DNA of 41,936 bases from Octopus bimaculoides. Its lineage: Eukaryota. The notes under the pieces are model-generated. The model had not been told where the DNA came from, did not search any database, and saw only the letters and a program-made list of their open reading frames with translations. The translations under genes were made by a program, and so were the position numbers. Shown here one piece after another: positions 1-12,273 of the stretch. Each line of letters opens with the position of its first letter. The stretch's first letter is position 1. The stretch spans positions 83,626,951 to 83,668,886 of the forward strand of contig NC_068990.1 of NCBI RefSeq assembly GCF_001194135.2. Direction: 5' to 3'.

Positions 1-632
1 TATATATATATATATACACACATATATATGCATATATATGCATATATATGCATATATACATACATATATGTCTACACACAGACGTGTGTGTGTGTGTATG
101 TGTGTGTGTGTGTGTGTGTGTATACGTCTGGGTGCTTTGGCTCTTGTATATGTCTGCATCTCATTTTTGCAAATCCCAAGAAGCCTATTATTAGAAGTGG
201 GGGTATCTGTTTTCAACGGCCCCCGCATTATATTCGGAACGGTTCTGTTTCCGGTTTATATTTGCCGATGTTTCTTCCTCGTGTTTGGAGATAGATATAT
301 ATTATCATTTGCTGCGATGAATACGTCAATTACGATGCATCTCTCTCTCCCTAATGGTCTTTGCCAATAATATATGGATGTTTTATCTTAACCTCGCTGT
401 CCCTATGAATCACCATTCCCTGGAATATATCACTTGGTCATTTTCTACGAGTTTTTGCACTATATATTTATATATATATATTCTTTCATATATATAGCTA
501 TATGCTATATATTTATGCCATATATATGTGTGTGTGCGTGTGTGTGTGTATGCATATATGTGTGTGTGTGTCTGTCTGTCTGTGTGAGTGTGTGTGTCTG
601 TCTGTCTGTGTGAGTGTGTGTGTATGTGCTTG

Positions 633-679
<47 letters not shown>

Positions 680-1300
680 TATATACATGTATATAAATAT
701 ATATATATATATACGTATATGTAGGTGTATATATATGTGTGTATCTATATATATGTACATANNNNNNNNNNNNNNNNNNNNNNNNNNNNNNNNNNNNNNN
801 NNNNNNNNNNNNNNNNNNNNNNNNNNNNNNNNNNNNNNNNNNNNNNNNNNNNNNNNNNNNNNNNNNNNNNNNNNNNNNNNNNNNNNNNNNNNNNNNNNNN
901 NNNNNNNNNNNNNNNNNNNNNNNNNNNNNNNNNNNNNNNNNNNNNNNNNNNNNNNNNNNNNNNNNNNNNNNNNNNNNNNNNNNNNNNNNNNNNNNNNNNN
1001 NNNNNNNNNNNNNNNNNNNNNNNNNNNNNNNNNNNNNNNNNNNNNNNNNNNNNNNNNNNNNNNNNNNNNNNNNNNNNNNNNNNNNNNNNNNNNNNNNNNN
1101 NNNNNNNNNNNNNNNNNNNNNNNNNNNNNNNNNNNNNNNNNNNNNNNNNNNNNNNNNNNNNNNNNNNNNNNNNNNNNNNNNNNNNNNNNNNNNNNNNNNN
1201 NNNNNNNNNNNNNNNNNNNNNNNNNNNNNNNNNNNNNNNNNNNNNNNNNNNNNNNNNNNNNNNNNNNNNNNNNNNNNNNNNNNNNNNNNNNNNNNNNNNN

Positions 1301-1613
1301 AAATTAACGTGCAAGTGGCTGAGCACTCCACAGGCGCGTGTACCCTTAATGTAGTTCTCGGGGATATTCAGCGTGACACAGTGTGACAAGGCTGGCCCTT
1401 TGAAATACAGGTACAACAGAAACAGGAAGTAAGAGTGAGAGAAAGTTGTGGTAAAAGAGTATAGCAGGGTTCACCACCATCCCCTGCCGGAGCCTCGTGG
1501 AGCTTTAGGTGTTTTCGCTCAATAAACACTCACAACGCCTGGTCTGGGAATCGAAACCGCGATCCTATGACTGCGAGTCCGCTGCCGAAACCACTGGGCC
1601 ATTGCGCCTCCAC
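1301..1613 (-). mobile_element. tRNA-derived SINE, family C; 3' part runs into gap
   Basis: Minus strand begins GTGGAGGCGCAATGGCCCAGTGGT (A box) ... GGTTTCGATTCCC (B box). Body GTACCTGTATTTCAAAGGGCCAGCC...GCTCAGCCACTTGCACGTTAATTT is shared with copies at 22467 and 25514. Confidence 0.9.
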
Positions 1614-1903
1614 TACAAGGATGCAAACAAACCAGTAATAGTTGTTAAGCGATGGTGAAGGACAAGCAAAATATATGTATGAATGAGGTCGATTTGCGCA
1701 GCTAAACTGTTCAAGGCGTTACCCCAGCAAGTCCACAATCCAATGACATCTAATATCCATGTAGAACCATTTAGAAGCCACGGGTTTTGTTGCTATGTAA
1801 TTATATAGCAATTTTCTGGGTGTAAACACTACTGCTTGATAACTATATAGAAAGCTTTTACAGAACCAGTTGTATGAATGTATGAATGGATATATGTATG
1901 AAT

Positions 1904-2055
1904 GGCCAGTCGATTAGATCGACCCCAGTACTCAACCCGAAAGGAAGAAAGGCAAAGTCGACCGCGGCAGAATTTGAACTCAGAACGTAAAGACAGACGA
2001 TATACCGCTAAGCATTTCATCCAGCATGCTAGCTTTTCTACCAGCTCGTCGCCTT
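1904..2055 (-). mobile_element. tRNA-derived SINE, family A, internally deleted
   Basis: Minus strand AAGGCGACGAGCTGGTAGAA...GTTCTGAGTTCAAATTC (B box)...GTCGACTTTGCCTTTC. Same family as 7610-7842 and 35127-35360. The central GCCTTTCATCCTTTCGGGGTCGATAAA segment of the family resembles the Meta domain as I recall it (unverified). Confidence 0.9.
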
Positions 2056-2134
2056 CTTAGATATAAATATCAAAACAATTTCTATTCGTATTAATGAGGC
2101 TGAGTGTGTGAGGATTGTAATATTGCCATAAACA

Positions 2135-2340
2135 AAGGCGGTGAGCTGGCAGAATCGGTAGCACGCGAGGTAAAATGCTTTGCGACACTTCGTCTGTGTT
2201 TGAGTTCAAATTCCGCCGAGGTCGATTTTGCTTTCCATCCTTTCGTGATCGATAAATTAAGTACCAGTTGCATACTGGAGTCAATATAATCGACTGGTTC
2301 CCTCTCCCAAAATTTCAAGCCTTGCACCTAGAGTAGAAGA
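2135..2340 (+). mobile_element. tRNA-derived SINE, family A
   Basis: AAGGCGGTGAGCTGGCAGAATCG...GAGTTCAAATTCCGCCGAGGTCGATTTTGCTTTCCATCCTTTCGTGATCGATAAATTAAGTACCAG; tail ending CCTAGAGTAGAAGA. Confidence 0.9.
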
Positions 2341-2356
2341 CAATACTTATATCTAG

Positions 2357-2470
2357 ATAAGGCGGTGATCTTGCAGAATCTTTACCGGATGGGGGGAGGG
2401 GGGGTCAATGTAATGGACCTAGCCCTCCCCTGAAATTGCTGGCCTTGTACCAAAATTTGAAATCAATATT
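2357..2470 (+). mobile_element. SINE family A, head fused to tail (internal deletion)
   Basis: ATAAGGCGGTGATCTTGCAGAATC followed by tail GAAATTGCTGGCCTTGTACCAAAATTTGAAA, also seen at 39166-39385. Confidence 0.75.
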
Positions 2471-3373
2471 TCCAAGAACACTAGCAACGGGAGTGAAGAA
2501 AAATTGCAACAAATAGGAATTAAAACCTTATCTAAAATATTGTTGATGTTGTTGTTGTTTTAATCTAGCTGTTCCTGCGAACAGTTCGATTACAGCACGT
2601 TATATTTATACGCGCAACAGAGAAAGGCGAGGAAAAAATTCACATGTTTAGGCAGCATCCATCCCTTCTTAATTTAGCAAAAATATGATTTATTGGAAGT
2701 ATATAACTAAAATATTTCGCCGTCATCTAAGTGTGAAGGAATTAACTTACTTTTCAAACGTAAATAAATGCGTTTAAGAAAGACTACAGAACGTACGATC
2801 AACATTTGTTGGAAGTATCGTTTTACACAATTATTTTCCATCACTCTTTTCCAGTGGCGAAACGTCAATAGCTTTCTAGTATTGCTTCAAGATTATCTCG
2901 CATCCGGTATTTTCTACCCAGTCTGCGAAATTTTATCATTAGATTCGCACATCGAAGCGGATCGCTAATTTCCATACACTGAGTTATTTTGGAATCCATT
3001 AGTTTTCTTTTCAATCTTAACTGCTTCGCTCTCTTCTCTGCTACTTCACATTGGTGCTTTCTCACAAAGAAAGAAAGAAAGAAAGAAAGAAAGCAGCTAT
3101 AACCTAATATTTATGTAAGTTTCGTTTCCGGCATTACCAATTATTTTTCCAAACTGGTCACGAGTTCGTGTTCAAATGCAGACCTTGGAAGCATTTTTTT
3201 TTATCAAAGAAGTTATATATACATACATACATACATACATGCAGACAGACAGACAGACAGACAGACAGACAGTTAAATAGATAGATAGATAAATAGATAT
3301 GTATATATGCATATATGTATATATGTATGTATATGTTTATGCATGCATACATATGTATATATANNNNNNNNNN

Positions 3374-3593
3374 CACATGATTTTGTCGACTGCACTGTAT
3401 AGTAGGGTCAGTTGAGCACCGTCTGTGAGAAAAACAGTACCATGACACAATTCACTCTGCCAGAAATTTGGAAGCGACATGCTGTACTGCTTGGCATTCG
3501 CGCCGGAAGCTCCAATGCGAACATTTCAGAGTGTTTGGGTGTCGATCGAAAACAGCGCAGAGGATTCGTAAAGTGTTGGACGAGTCTAATGGT
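3374..3593 (+). mobile_element. Tc1/mariner-superfamily transposon 5' fragment (N-terminal HTH of transposase), frameshifted
   Basis: ATG at 3442 gives MTQFTLPEIWKRHAVLLGIRAGSSNANISECLGVD, then after a frameshift KTAQRIRKVLDESNG, an HTH pattern typical of mariner-type transposases. No catalytic domain follows. Confidence 0.7.
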
Positions 3594-3974
3594 GTTGATG
3601 AGTCAAAAACTGCAGAAGAATAATGTCCTGGGAAAGAATACTAGGAAGAGTAATTAATGCTGGACTTGTGAAGTCGGAGACATAAGAGGAAAAGGGGCCA
3701 AGATATCGGAAAAGTTGATTGGTGACAAATGTTTCTGTCACCTTTGTGATGTTAGAAACGAGTCCAGTATATCGAGAGTTGATAGGTTCAGAGAGATTTC
3801 GTTCGTAAGAGATGTGATATAATGTAGCAGGTTTCAAAAGACTGACACGGTTTTGTAAAAGCCAGACACATTGGGGGACAGAAAATTTAATAAAGTATAA
3901 TAGAAATTTATTTTTGGTTATTATATCGATTGTAATTAAATAACAACTCCTGTAAAATATCGATAGTGTTACAT

Positions 3975-5040
3975 ATATGTTTGGTGCCGGACGGCAGAGT
4001 TGCTTGAGAGCAACGCGACACTCGCGGTGCCATTCGCCTAGCCTCGGTCTCTGATCCACGACTGCAATTCGGCCAAGGAGAGGAGCTGCAGGAAAGCGCG
4101 CCGCACAAACAGCGACCACACCTGTTCACCGTCGTCTATGAAGCGCCCGGAAATTTTTTAGTCTCAGCGCATGTCTGCACATCATCAACCACAGCATAAC
4201 CAATCTTCTATTTAGCGGGTGTTGACAGCAAATGGATCGCCTAACCATCGGAATGCTTCCCTTCTACAAAAAGCGGAAGAGTATGCGTTCCACTTTGGTG
4301 ATGGTAGGGTCGGGACAAGGTACGACGGTCAGACGGTAATCGATGACGGATGCGATGTACGCATTCGCCACCTCCGCCTGACCATTTAGGAATAGCTTCC
4401 TCTCGGCACATTGCTGGGTGAGAGTAGCCACCCTACTCGCTATCTCACCCCAGTTCTCCATTTGGAGGTCCGGACCGAACCAGACTCCAAGCAATTTAAC
4501 CGGTCCGTCGGTCCAGCGGCCCACGATGGAGACGCTGTTGGATGGCCTGGGCTTGCTTCACCTGGTGCCGAGCCGCAAGCCCACTGAATTTTTCCTGTTA
4601 ATTTTTTGCTCCCGTTACCGCTTCGTATTCTTTTAGTGTCTCGCCGACTAGGTCGATATACCTGTGGCTCGACTCTATCACAGTGACGTCGTCCGCGTGT
4701 GGAGACAGGCTCCTCCCGCATCCCAGCTCTCGCGGGATGCCCCTCAGCGTTGGTAGTTTCTGCAGTAGTGGCTCAAGAGTCAATACGTACAGAAGCGACG
4801 ACGGGGAATCCTTGACGAACCGAACACGTGATGTTAAATGGTCTGGACAGATGACCATTTACGCGAAATACCGAGCGGATGCCGCTGTATAAGGCATCCA
4901 AGCGCGGAAGAGGGGTCTGAAACCAGCCGCTCTAAATGACAGCCTCCAAGTAGCGATGCTCTACCCTATCGAAAGCTTTTGATTGATCTAATTGATCAGC
5001 GCCCCACCCATGCCAGGTTCCTTAACTACCCTCATACAAT
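3975..5040 (-). mobile_element. L1/Tx1-clade LINE reverse transcriptase fragment (degenerate)
   Basis: Minus-strand translation gives LDQSKAFDRVEHRYL, LLYVLTLEPLL, ADDVTV, YEAVTGAK, VKLLGVWFG..ENW and ERILFRFL, in the collinear order of L1/Tx1 RT and thumb motifs. Several frameshifts and stops. Confidence 0.9.
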
Positions 5041-5175
5041 GGAACTTCTGTCACTAGATATACGTGAGGAACCCCGTAATAAAATGTGTTCAATCCATTT
5101 TCTCTTGTTAATATTTTTGTATATGCTTAGATATTAATGTGTGTATGCACATGTGTACCTGTACATAGATACATT

Positions 5176-5229
<54 letters not shown>

Positions 5230-5294
5230 ATGTATGTATACACACGGACAAATACATATTCGTACATGGAAAGATACATACATAGAGATTGGGT

Positions 5295-5357
<63 letters not shown>

Positions 5358-5405
5358 CGATAGACAGACAGACAGACAGACAGACAGGCAGACAGACAGA
5401 CAGAC

Positions 5406-5465
<60 letters not shown>

Positions 5466-5475
5466 TACAATGAAA
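5176..5475. repeat. Compound microsatellite (CA)n/(TA)n/(GATA)n/(GACA)n
   Basis: Directly visible tandem runs. Confidence 0.95.
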
Positions 5476-6197
5476 GACAAACAGATAGATAAAATTCTAT
5501 TAAGAATTTAGTCTATTCCTTCATCACATTTAGCAATTTCACTATTTATTTCAATAGTGACTCAATGAAGAAAAAAAAAAAAAAAACAGCATACAAATTG
5601 AAAACAAGATATTTTTAAAATGTCTATATTCAGGTTTTACAGGAAATATTTCATTTGTCGACAGTGACTATTGGAGCTGCGCTACTGCTATGGCGAATGG
5701 TTGATATGCAATCACCTATTATTCGAACGATGTGCTGCTCTAGTGCGCTAATGTTCTGATTGACACTACTATAGTCAGTATACGCTGCTGCATCGCTGCA
5801 AAGATAGTAACTGAACTGCTTGCTACGCTGCTACACTCGTACACTGCTACGTTTGTGTAATATTTGACATTCTATGTGCAATAATCAGTTGTCAACTGTT
5901 AAATACATACATATATGTGTATATATAAGTAAATGAGTGGAAATCGAACCGGTGAGTGTGTTAAGTGATAAGGCACTAAATGAGAATGACTCTCCCCAAA
6001 CACAATAATATATATATAATATATATATATATGTATATGAATATATATAGATTTATTTATATGTATGTATGCATGTATGTGTGTGTGTATGAATGTTTGC
6101 ATGACTGACTGTGCGTGTGTATGTATCTATACCTGTATACCTATATATATCTTTGTGTTTGTATGTTTATACACGCACACACACACACACACTCACA

Positions 6198-6344
6198 TAT
6201 TTCTTTATTGCCCACACAGGGCTAAACGCCGAGGGGGACAAACAAGGACAGACAAAGGGATTAAGTCGATTACATCAACCCCAGTGTGCAACTGGTACTT
6301 TATTTATTGAACCCGAAAGGATGAAAGGCAAAGTCGACCTCGGC

Positions 6345-6345
<1 letters not shown>
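6198..6345 (-). mobile_element. SINE family A, 5'-truncated
   Basis: TATTTCTTTATTGCCCACACAGGGCTAAAC...GAAAGGATGAAAGGCAAAGTCGACCTCGGCG matches 7610-7765. Confidence 0.9.
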
Positions 6346-6410
<65 letters not shown>

Positions 6411-6446
6411 GAAAGAGAGAGAGGGAAAGAGAGTGAGAGATAGATA

Positions 6447-6485
<39 letters not shown>

Positions 6486-6799
6486 AGGTGTATATAAGTT
6501 TGTAAGTATGTATACCTGTGTGTGTGTGTGTGTGTGTTCACATGTGCTTATATATTTTTATGTATACACTTCTCTGCCCCTTCCACATATTCGCTACCTT
6601 TCCTTTTCCCCCCACTCGGGCACCTACTCCCTTTTCGTCAGATTCATCCTTTCCTCAAGCACACTTTACGATCATACACACACAAACATCTCGCATCTCC
6701 GCTATACTACATCCTTGTATTTCCGTATTTGCACACGTCTATGCATACACATAAACCAACACCCATATACATCATTCACATGAACAAACTCCTATACCT

Positions 6800-7050
6800 A
6801 CACGTACACATTTCCCCCCTCCCTTCTTAGTCCCCACCCCATAGACTCACATTCTCACCTGGCTCCGAAGATAACATCCTATTTTTGTCTCTCCCACTTT
6901 TCCTCTTTCTTATTGCCCTATACTTCTGTCTTTCTTCTGACGGAGGTCTAATGTCCGAAACGTTAAATCTTCCGTTCCTCTTCAGCGTCTCCGTAGAGCC
7001 CGTCCCTTGAAGGCTTGTGACAAATAATGTTCGTTGTGGCTGATTATTAT
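6800..7050 (+). mobile_element. Putative PLE pseudo-LTR remnant with degenerate hammerhead motif (6931-6969)
   Basis: Pyrimidine-rich run followed by CTGACGG-A-GG-TCTAATGT-CC-GAAACGTT; core A9 reads G and stem I is weak. Confidence 0.55.
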
Positions 7051-7609
7051 TTTGCACATTGATAGTATTGCTGCTGCTGCTGCTGCTGCTGTTGATGATG
7101 ATGATGATGATGATGATGAATTTATGTAGGCTATTGTGTTTCCTTTTCTATTTTGACTTTTACATCAGTTCGTATTATTTTTACTATTGTTGTCACTGTT
7201 GTTAATGTTACTGTTTAAACTGCAATCGGCACAGTCTGAGCGGACCCACAGCACGTTGGTCGTTGGCCATACAACGAAGTGCAACTCACAGACCCTCCCC
7301 CCAGTCACACCATATCTCTGTCTATCCGAAGACCACAGAGAGCATTGAAACACAGAATGATAAATTGTATGTGAACCCATTGTTAATATCCAGATCTTAT
7401 TGCATCACTTCCACTCTCTAATCCAATACGCCCGTAGATTCTGTTGATAGTTGATAGCCACAGCGTAGTTTGGCAGAATGAGCTCGAGGAAATGCAACGG
7501 GGAAATGCAACGAGGAAATGCAACGCCTGCTAATTTTCATCCTCAGCTCAGTATGTCTGGTCAATGACGGTGTAGATGAAACATTTATTTCTATGCGCGT
7601 TATTTTTCT

Positions 7610-7842
7610 TATTTCTTTATTGACCACAAGGGGCTAAACATAGAGGGGACAAACAAGGACAGACAAAGGGATTAAATCGATTACATCGACCCCAGTGCGT
7701 AACTGGTACTTAATTTATCGACCCCGAAAGGATGAAAGGCAAAGTCGACCTCGGCGCAATTTGAACTCAGAACGTAAAGGCAGACGAAATACCGCTAAGT
7801 ATTTCGTCCGGCGCGCTAACGTTTCTGCCAACTCGCTGCCTT
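7610..7842 (-). mobile_element. tRNA-derived SINE, family A, full length
   Basis: Head AAGGCAGCGAGTTGGCAGAAACGTTAGC, B box GTTCTGAGTTCAAATTG, tail ...GGTCAATAAAGAAATA. Confidence 0.95.
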
Positions 7843-8269
7843 GCGCATTATTTTTCAGCTTATGTAGGCTGACTGGGAACAAAAGTTCTTTTAAGATGCT
7901 GCAGGTGTAGTTTTCTGGGGTATTGTGCATGCATCTGGGTGTCTGCAGGCGGTTTGTCACGTAATGGTAGGTGAGTGGGGAAGTTAAACTTAGCTGCAAA
8001 TCAAATTTGCTTCTCGCATATCCAGCTGGACTTTCATTTTTTCAGTCATTTTGTTTCGTTGTCTATGAATCATAATAGGTTGTATGTACACAGACGGCTG
8101 GGTGTGATCTGTGTACAACACTGTTATGATTCATACTGAACTGTCTTGTGTGCTTTGTAGTTTATTGTGGTTTAACTTGGAGAAACTGGAAACCAGGTAG
8201 GACTAGCATAATCCCTAATGGATCAAACGTATTGTTTGTAACTAATATTAAATTTTTACTGCTGCTACT

Positions 8270-8570
<301 letters not shown>

Positions 8571-8666
8571 AAATTATCGGTACTATTCATAATATTATTG
8601 TTGCTGACGTTATAACTCGTTTTTTTTTTTCTTGTTGATGTTGCCGTTAATGATGTCGTCATTACT

Positions 8667-8860
8667 GAGGCAGCGTGCTGGCAGAACCGTTAGCACGCCG
8701 GACAAAATGCTGAGAAGCATCTCTTCAATCTTTGTGTTCTGAGTTCTAATTCCGTCGAGGTCGGCCTTGCTTTTCGAGTACTTGTTGAGCACAGGGGTCG
8801 ATCTAATCGACTTTACCCTTCTCCCAAAATTCCAGTCCTTGTGCCAACAGTGGGAAATAT
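8667..8860 (+). mobile_element. SINE family A, diverged
   Basis: GAGGCAGCGTGCTGGCAGAACCGTTAGCACGCCGG...GTTCTGAGTTCTAATTCCGTCGAGGTCG...GGGGTCGATCTAATCGAC. Confidence 0.85.
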
Positions 8861-9769
8861 CAATGTCATAATTACCAAAGCTAAAGCCAACGTCAGTTAA
8901 CAGTTTGGTGTATTAGACTCATGATTGTGAAGTTGTGCGTTCAATTCGTGGACCGGGCGGCGCGTTGTGTTCTTTTGCAAGGCACACCGTTTCACATTGC
9001 TTCAGTCTACTCAGCCGAACGGAGGTGCAGCTCTCATCATCCTGCTGTCATATCTTTGAGTTCTGCTGGATCTTGAATAAAAGCACTGAGAAGGTATCTA
9101 CATTTGTTCGCTGCTTGCACAGGCACCTAAAACAATTAACGAAAGCATGGTACAAACTACCAGGTCGTTCTCGCTTACAAATGAAAGATAAACTCGCTAA
9201 GACTATGTCAACGTTTGTTACTATCAATCCTAAGATTGATAGTAATATAATTTATTACGCTACTTAATATAATATTATCGACATATTGATGGTGTTAGCA
9301 GCAGTATTTCATGCTGATGTTTTTACACTTTGAAATGAAGCACCGTATCTGTTAAATTCCACCTTACTAGTGTTGTTGCTATTATTGTAGCCGAAGCCCC
9401 TATCCAGAAGTCAAATGGGTCAGAGGTGTTCAAACTGTGGCCATTCTTTTCTCATACGTAATGTATCTATGGTCTCCTTTTCTTAAAAGATTGCATTGTG
9501 TTATTGAGATCAATATGGCTGCTATATATTTTATCAACGTATGGGGCCTCCTTTGTTACTATTATTTGTTTCTCTATTGTCGGTGTTCTTAGTGCTGCAT
9601 GTATTGGTGTTGCGTGTTTTACTATTATTTCCTAACCGATTAGTTAAACCTATTACCAAAAGCATTTCAACCGTAACCATCACAGCTGTGTATACAAATA
9701 CATTTGCTGTGTCTGAAAGAACGTCAGAGCACATGACGATGGTAGATCATCCGTGACTTGTGAGAATGA

Positions 9770-10015
9770 TGCTTTAATATTCAGTTTAAACTGTTGCAGG
9801 GGAACACTGCAAGAAAGACGAATTGTAAGATTTCAGAGGAGCGATATTCTGGGGTTGAAGGATTGGGAATAATTGTTAGTGCGGTAAAAGGGAGTGTTAG
9901 GCGTACCAAGTGTGACGACAGATGGAAAAACGAGTGGATCGGGGGGTATCTGAGTGGTGGAGGTACGAGACCAGCCAGATCCGAAGAGAAGAAGCCATTT
10001 TAGCAGTAATAGAAA

Positions 10016-10073
<58 letters not shown>

Positions 10074-10640
10074 CAGCACGTCTGTGCGTCCGTTTCTGAT
10101 GGAATGTGAATCAGCCAAGGGAATCTCATCTGGCTGCATGACAGTAGTTCCGTTACTCCGCTCTGAGACCTACTTGAGCCTTGTTGACTATCAGCAGTGG
10201 TTTAGGGTTTAAAAGTCTTTTAGTCCTAAAGAAAAGTACGAGTAACTGGGATGCGGACCTATCTATGATAAGGATGTGTTTTTCCTCAAGAGAGATCCAC
10301 AGTGATTGTAAGGCCCAACATCTGGAATGATTGCGAGGGTTGTTGGTCTGTGCCGTTCATGTTTAGAGAGAGCGAGGTGCAGTGGTGTTTTCTTGACATG
10401 AGTAGTCAAGAGAAACCGTCATGTTTTTTTTCACATGGGCAGTCAAAAGCGACAAGGATGGCGCGGTCCCAATGAAGGATGCTTTCAAGGCGTCCGTTTA
10501 TGGAATCAATGTAGGTTGGCAGTTTAGGTTTGTGGTGCCTAGGGTGCATGTGGATACAGAATAAGGGGATGTTAGGGAACTATGAAGAGTCGTGTCATCT
10601 CCAAACGAGTAAGAAGCCTACGAAATTTTAAGCGGCAGAG
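9770..10640 (-). mobile_element. CR1/Jockey-group LINE, 5'-truncated 3' part of ORF2, interrupted by (GA)n at about 10020-10070
   Basis: Minus strand: YSFGDDTTLHSS (10611-10576, YADD-equivalent), LESILHWD..LVAFD, QMLGLTITVDLS, then beyond the microsatellite NGFFSSDLAGLVPPPLRYPRSTRFS and RTNNYSQSFNPRISLL, the usual C-terminal pattern of this LINE group. Confidence 0.85.
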
Positions 10641-10891
10641 AGCCGAACCAAACCGTTTTAAATAAGCTTTTCCTTATTGGCCACAAGGGCAAAGCTGTTT
10701 AAAATAATAATACATATAACTCCTACTAAATGTTTTCGGTACCTTTTTCTTTCGTTTGTCCACTGTGTGTGTGTGTATATATGTGTATATATGTGTATAT
10801 ATGTGTATACACATATGTACGCGCATGCATGTAAGTATGCATGTATGTTGTATGTTTTTATACATGCATCAGCATGCAGGTATATATATAT

Positions 10892-10921
10892 CGCACACCT
10901 CCATGAATACAAACTCATTAC

Positions 10922-10971
<50 letters not shown>

Positions 10972-11215
10972 TCCCGCACCTCCCTGAATACAAAGTCATT
11001 ACCTGATATATATATATATACACACATATATCCCACACCACCATGAATATAAATCATTACCTGATATATATNNNNNNNNNNNNNNNNNNNNNNNNNNNNN
11101 NNNNNNNNNNNNNNNNNNNNNNNNNNNNNNNNNNNNNNNNNNNNNNNNNNNNNNNTATATATATATATATACATATACCACACATCCATGAATGCAAAGT
11201 CATTACCTGATACAT
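10892..11215. repeat. Minisatellite: about 33-bp core (CACACCTCCATGAATACAAAGTCATTACCTGA-like) x4 visible, separated by (TA)n/(CA)n
   Basis: Cores end in CCTGA at 10925, 11006, 11064 and 11210; a gap at 11072-11155 may hide more. Confidence 0.9.
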
Positions 11216-11384
11216 ACATACATACATACATACATACATACATACATACATACATACATACATACCTATGTACAAGAATAAGGGCAGGGAATCGTCAATT
11301 AATAATAGAATTAATAATTAACAATTTTGCCAAGTAGTTCAGTATGAAAATACCTTTATCGGTAAAACCATTTATCATCATAAA

Positions 11385-11456
11385 TATACAGGGATTAGCA
11401 TTGAGTTGCTTCTCCAACATATGTTGGAGAAGCAACTCAATGCTAATCCCTGTATA
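11385..11456. repeat. Perfect 72-bp palindrome (36-bp arms, no spacer)
   Basis: TATACAGGGATTAGCATTGAGTTGCTTCTCCAACAT|ATGTTGGAGAAGCAACTCAATGCTAATCCCTGTATA; arms checked base by base. Confidence 0.95.
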
Positions 11457-12112
11457 CATACTCATGTATGTATATTTGTCTGCCTTTCCATCTGACGAAC
11501 AACCGATCAATCTACCCAACATATTACCTATATATATCATAAGACAGCCAATATAATGCAACTTACTTTACATAACCATCTTATATTATCGATCCTCCTC
11601 TTTTTGACTCACACTTCCTCACTTTCTCTCTCACTCTTTATTTATATATCTATCTCTAAAACTCTGCCACTTTCTTCTTTTCTCGCTCTGCTATTCTGTC
11701 ACTGTTTCTGGTACTCTCTCAATTCTCCACCTCTCTACCTCTCTACCTCTCTCTCTCCTTCTCCACTCTACCTTCCCCCTCTCTTTCTCTCTCTAAAGAG
11801 CAGTACTCTCTCTCTCTGCCTTTTACTCAATTCTTCTCACTGTACTCCTCCTACTCCTCCAGTGTCTATCATTCAACACTTCATCTAACGTAACTCGTGA
11901 ATGGCGATTATCCTATTTGATGTTGAATTCGTTTCTCTGTGTGAGCGTGCGTGTATGTACTCGTGGCGCGCAGGTGGAAGGTGTGTGTGTGTGTGTGTGT
12001 GTAGAACGTGTGCCATAAATATAGCAGAATTTTTTTTAACGTAGTAAAGGTTCGAAGGCTGAGTTAACAAACGAACAGTCTGAACAATCCGGACATGCCA
12101 TGTGAAATATGT

Positions 12113-12160
<48 letters not shown>

Positions 12161-12180
12161 GTGTGCGTGTGTGTGTGAGT

Positions 12181-12273
12181 GTGAAGGTGTATGGCCTAGT
12201 GGTTAAGCCACTGGACTTACGATCGCTAGATCGTGGGTTCGATTCACTGACTGGGCGGCGCGTTGTATTCTTG
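12181..12273 (+). mobile_element. SINE family C head, runs into gap
   Basis: GTGAAGGTGTATGGCCTAGTGGTTAAG (A box)...GGGTTCGATTC (B box)...GGGCGGCGCGTTGTATTCTTG. Confidence 0.8.

Noticed and set aside
2750-3065. Minus-strand ORF/exon or RTE LINE fragment
   Set aside because: No frame is open between plausible splice sites and the similarity to RTE termini is too weak to call.
7169-7366. Exon encoding a signal-peptide-like stretch (FVLFLLLLSLLLMLL...)
   Set aside because: The hydrophobic run comes from degenerate TTG/ATT repeats and all three frames contain stops before the candidate donor.
10892-11215. CRISPR-like repeat-spacer appearance
   Set aside because: Spacers are simple microsatellites, repeats are diverged and non-palindromic, the context is eukaryotic, and no cas genes are present.
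11295-11561. GIY-YIG-like YIG motifs in a minus-strand ORF
   Set aside because: YIG arises readily from AT-rich sequence; spacing and cysteines do not fit, and the ORF crosses the palindrome.
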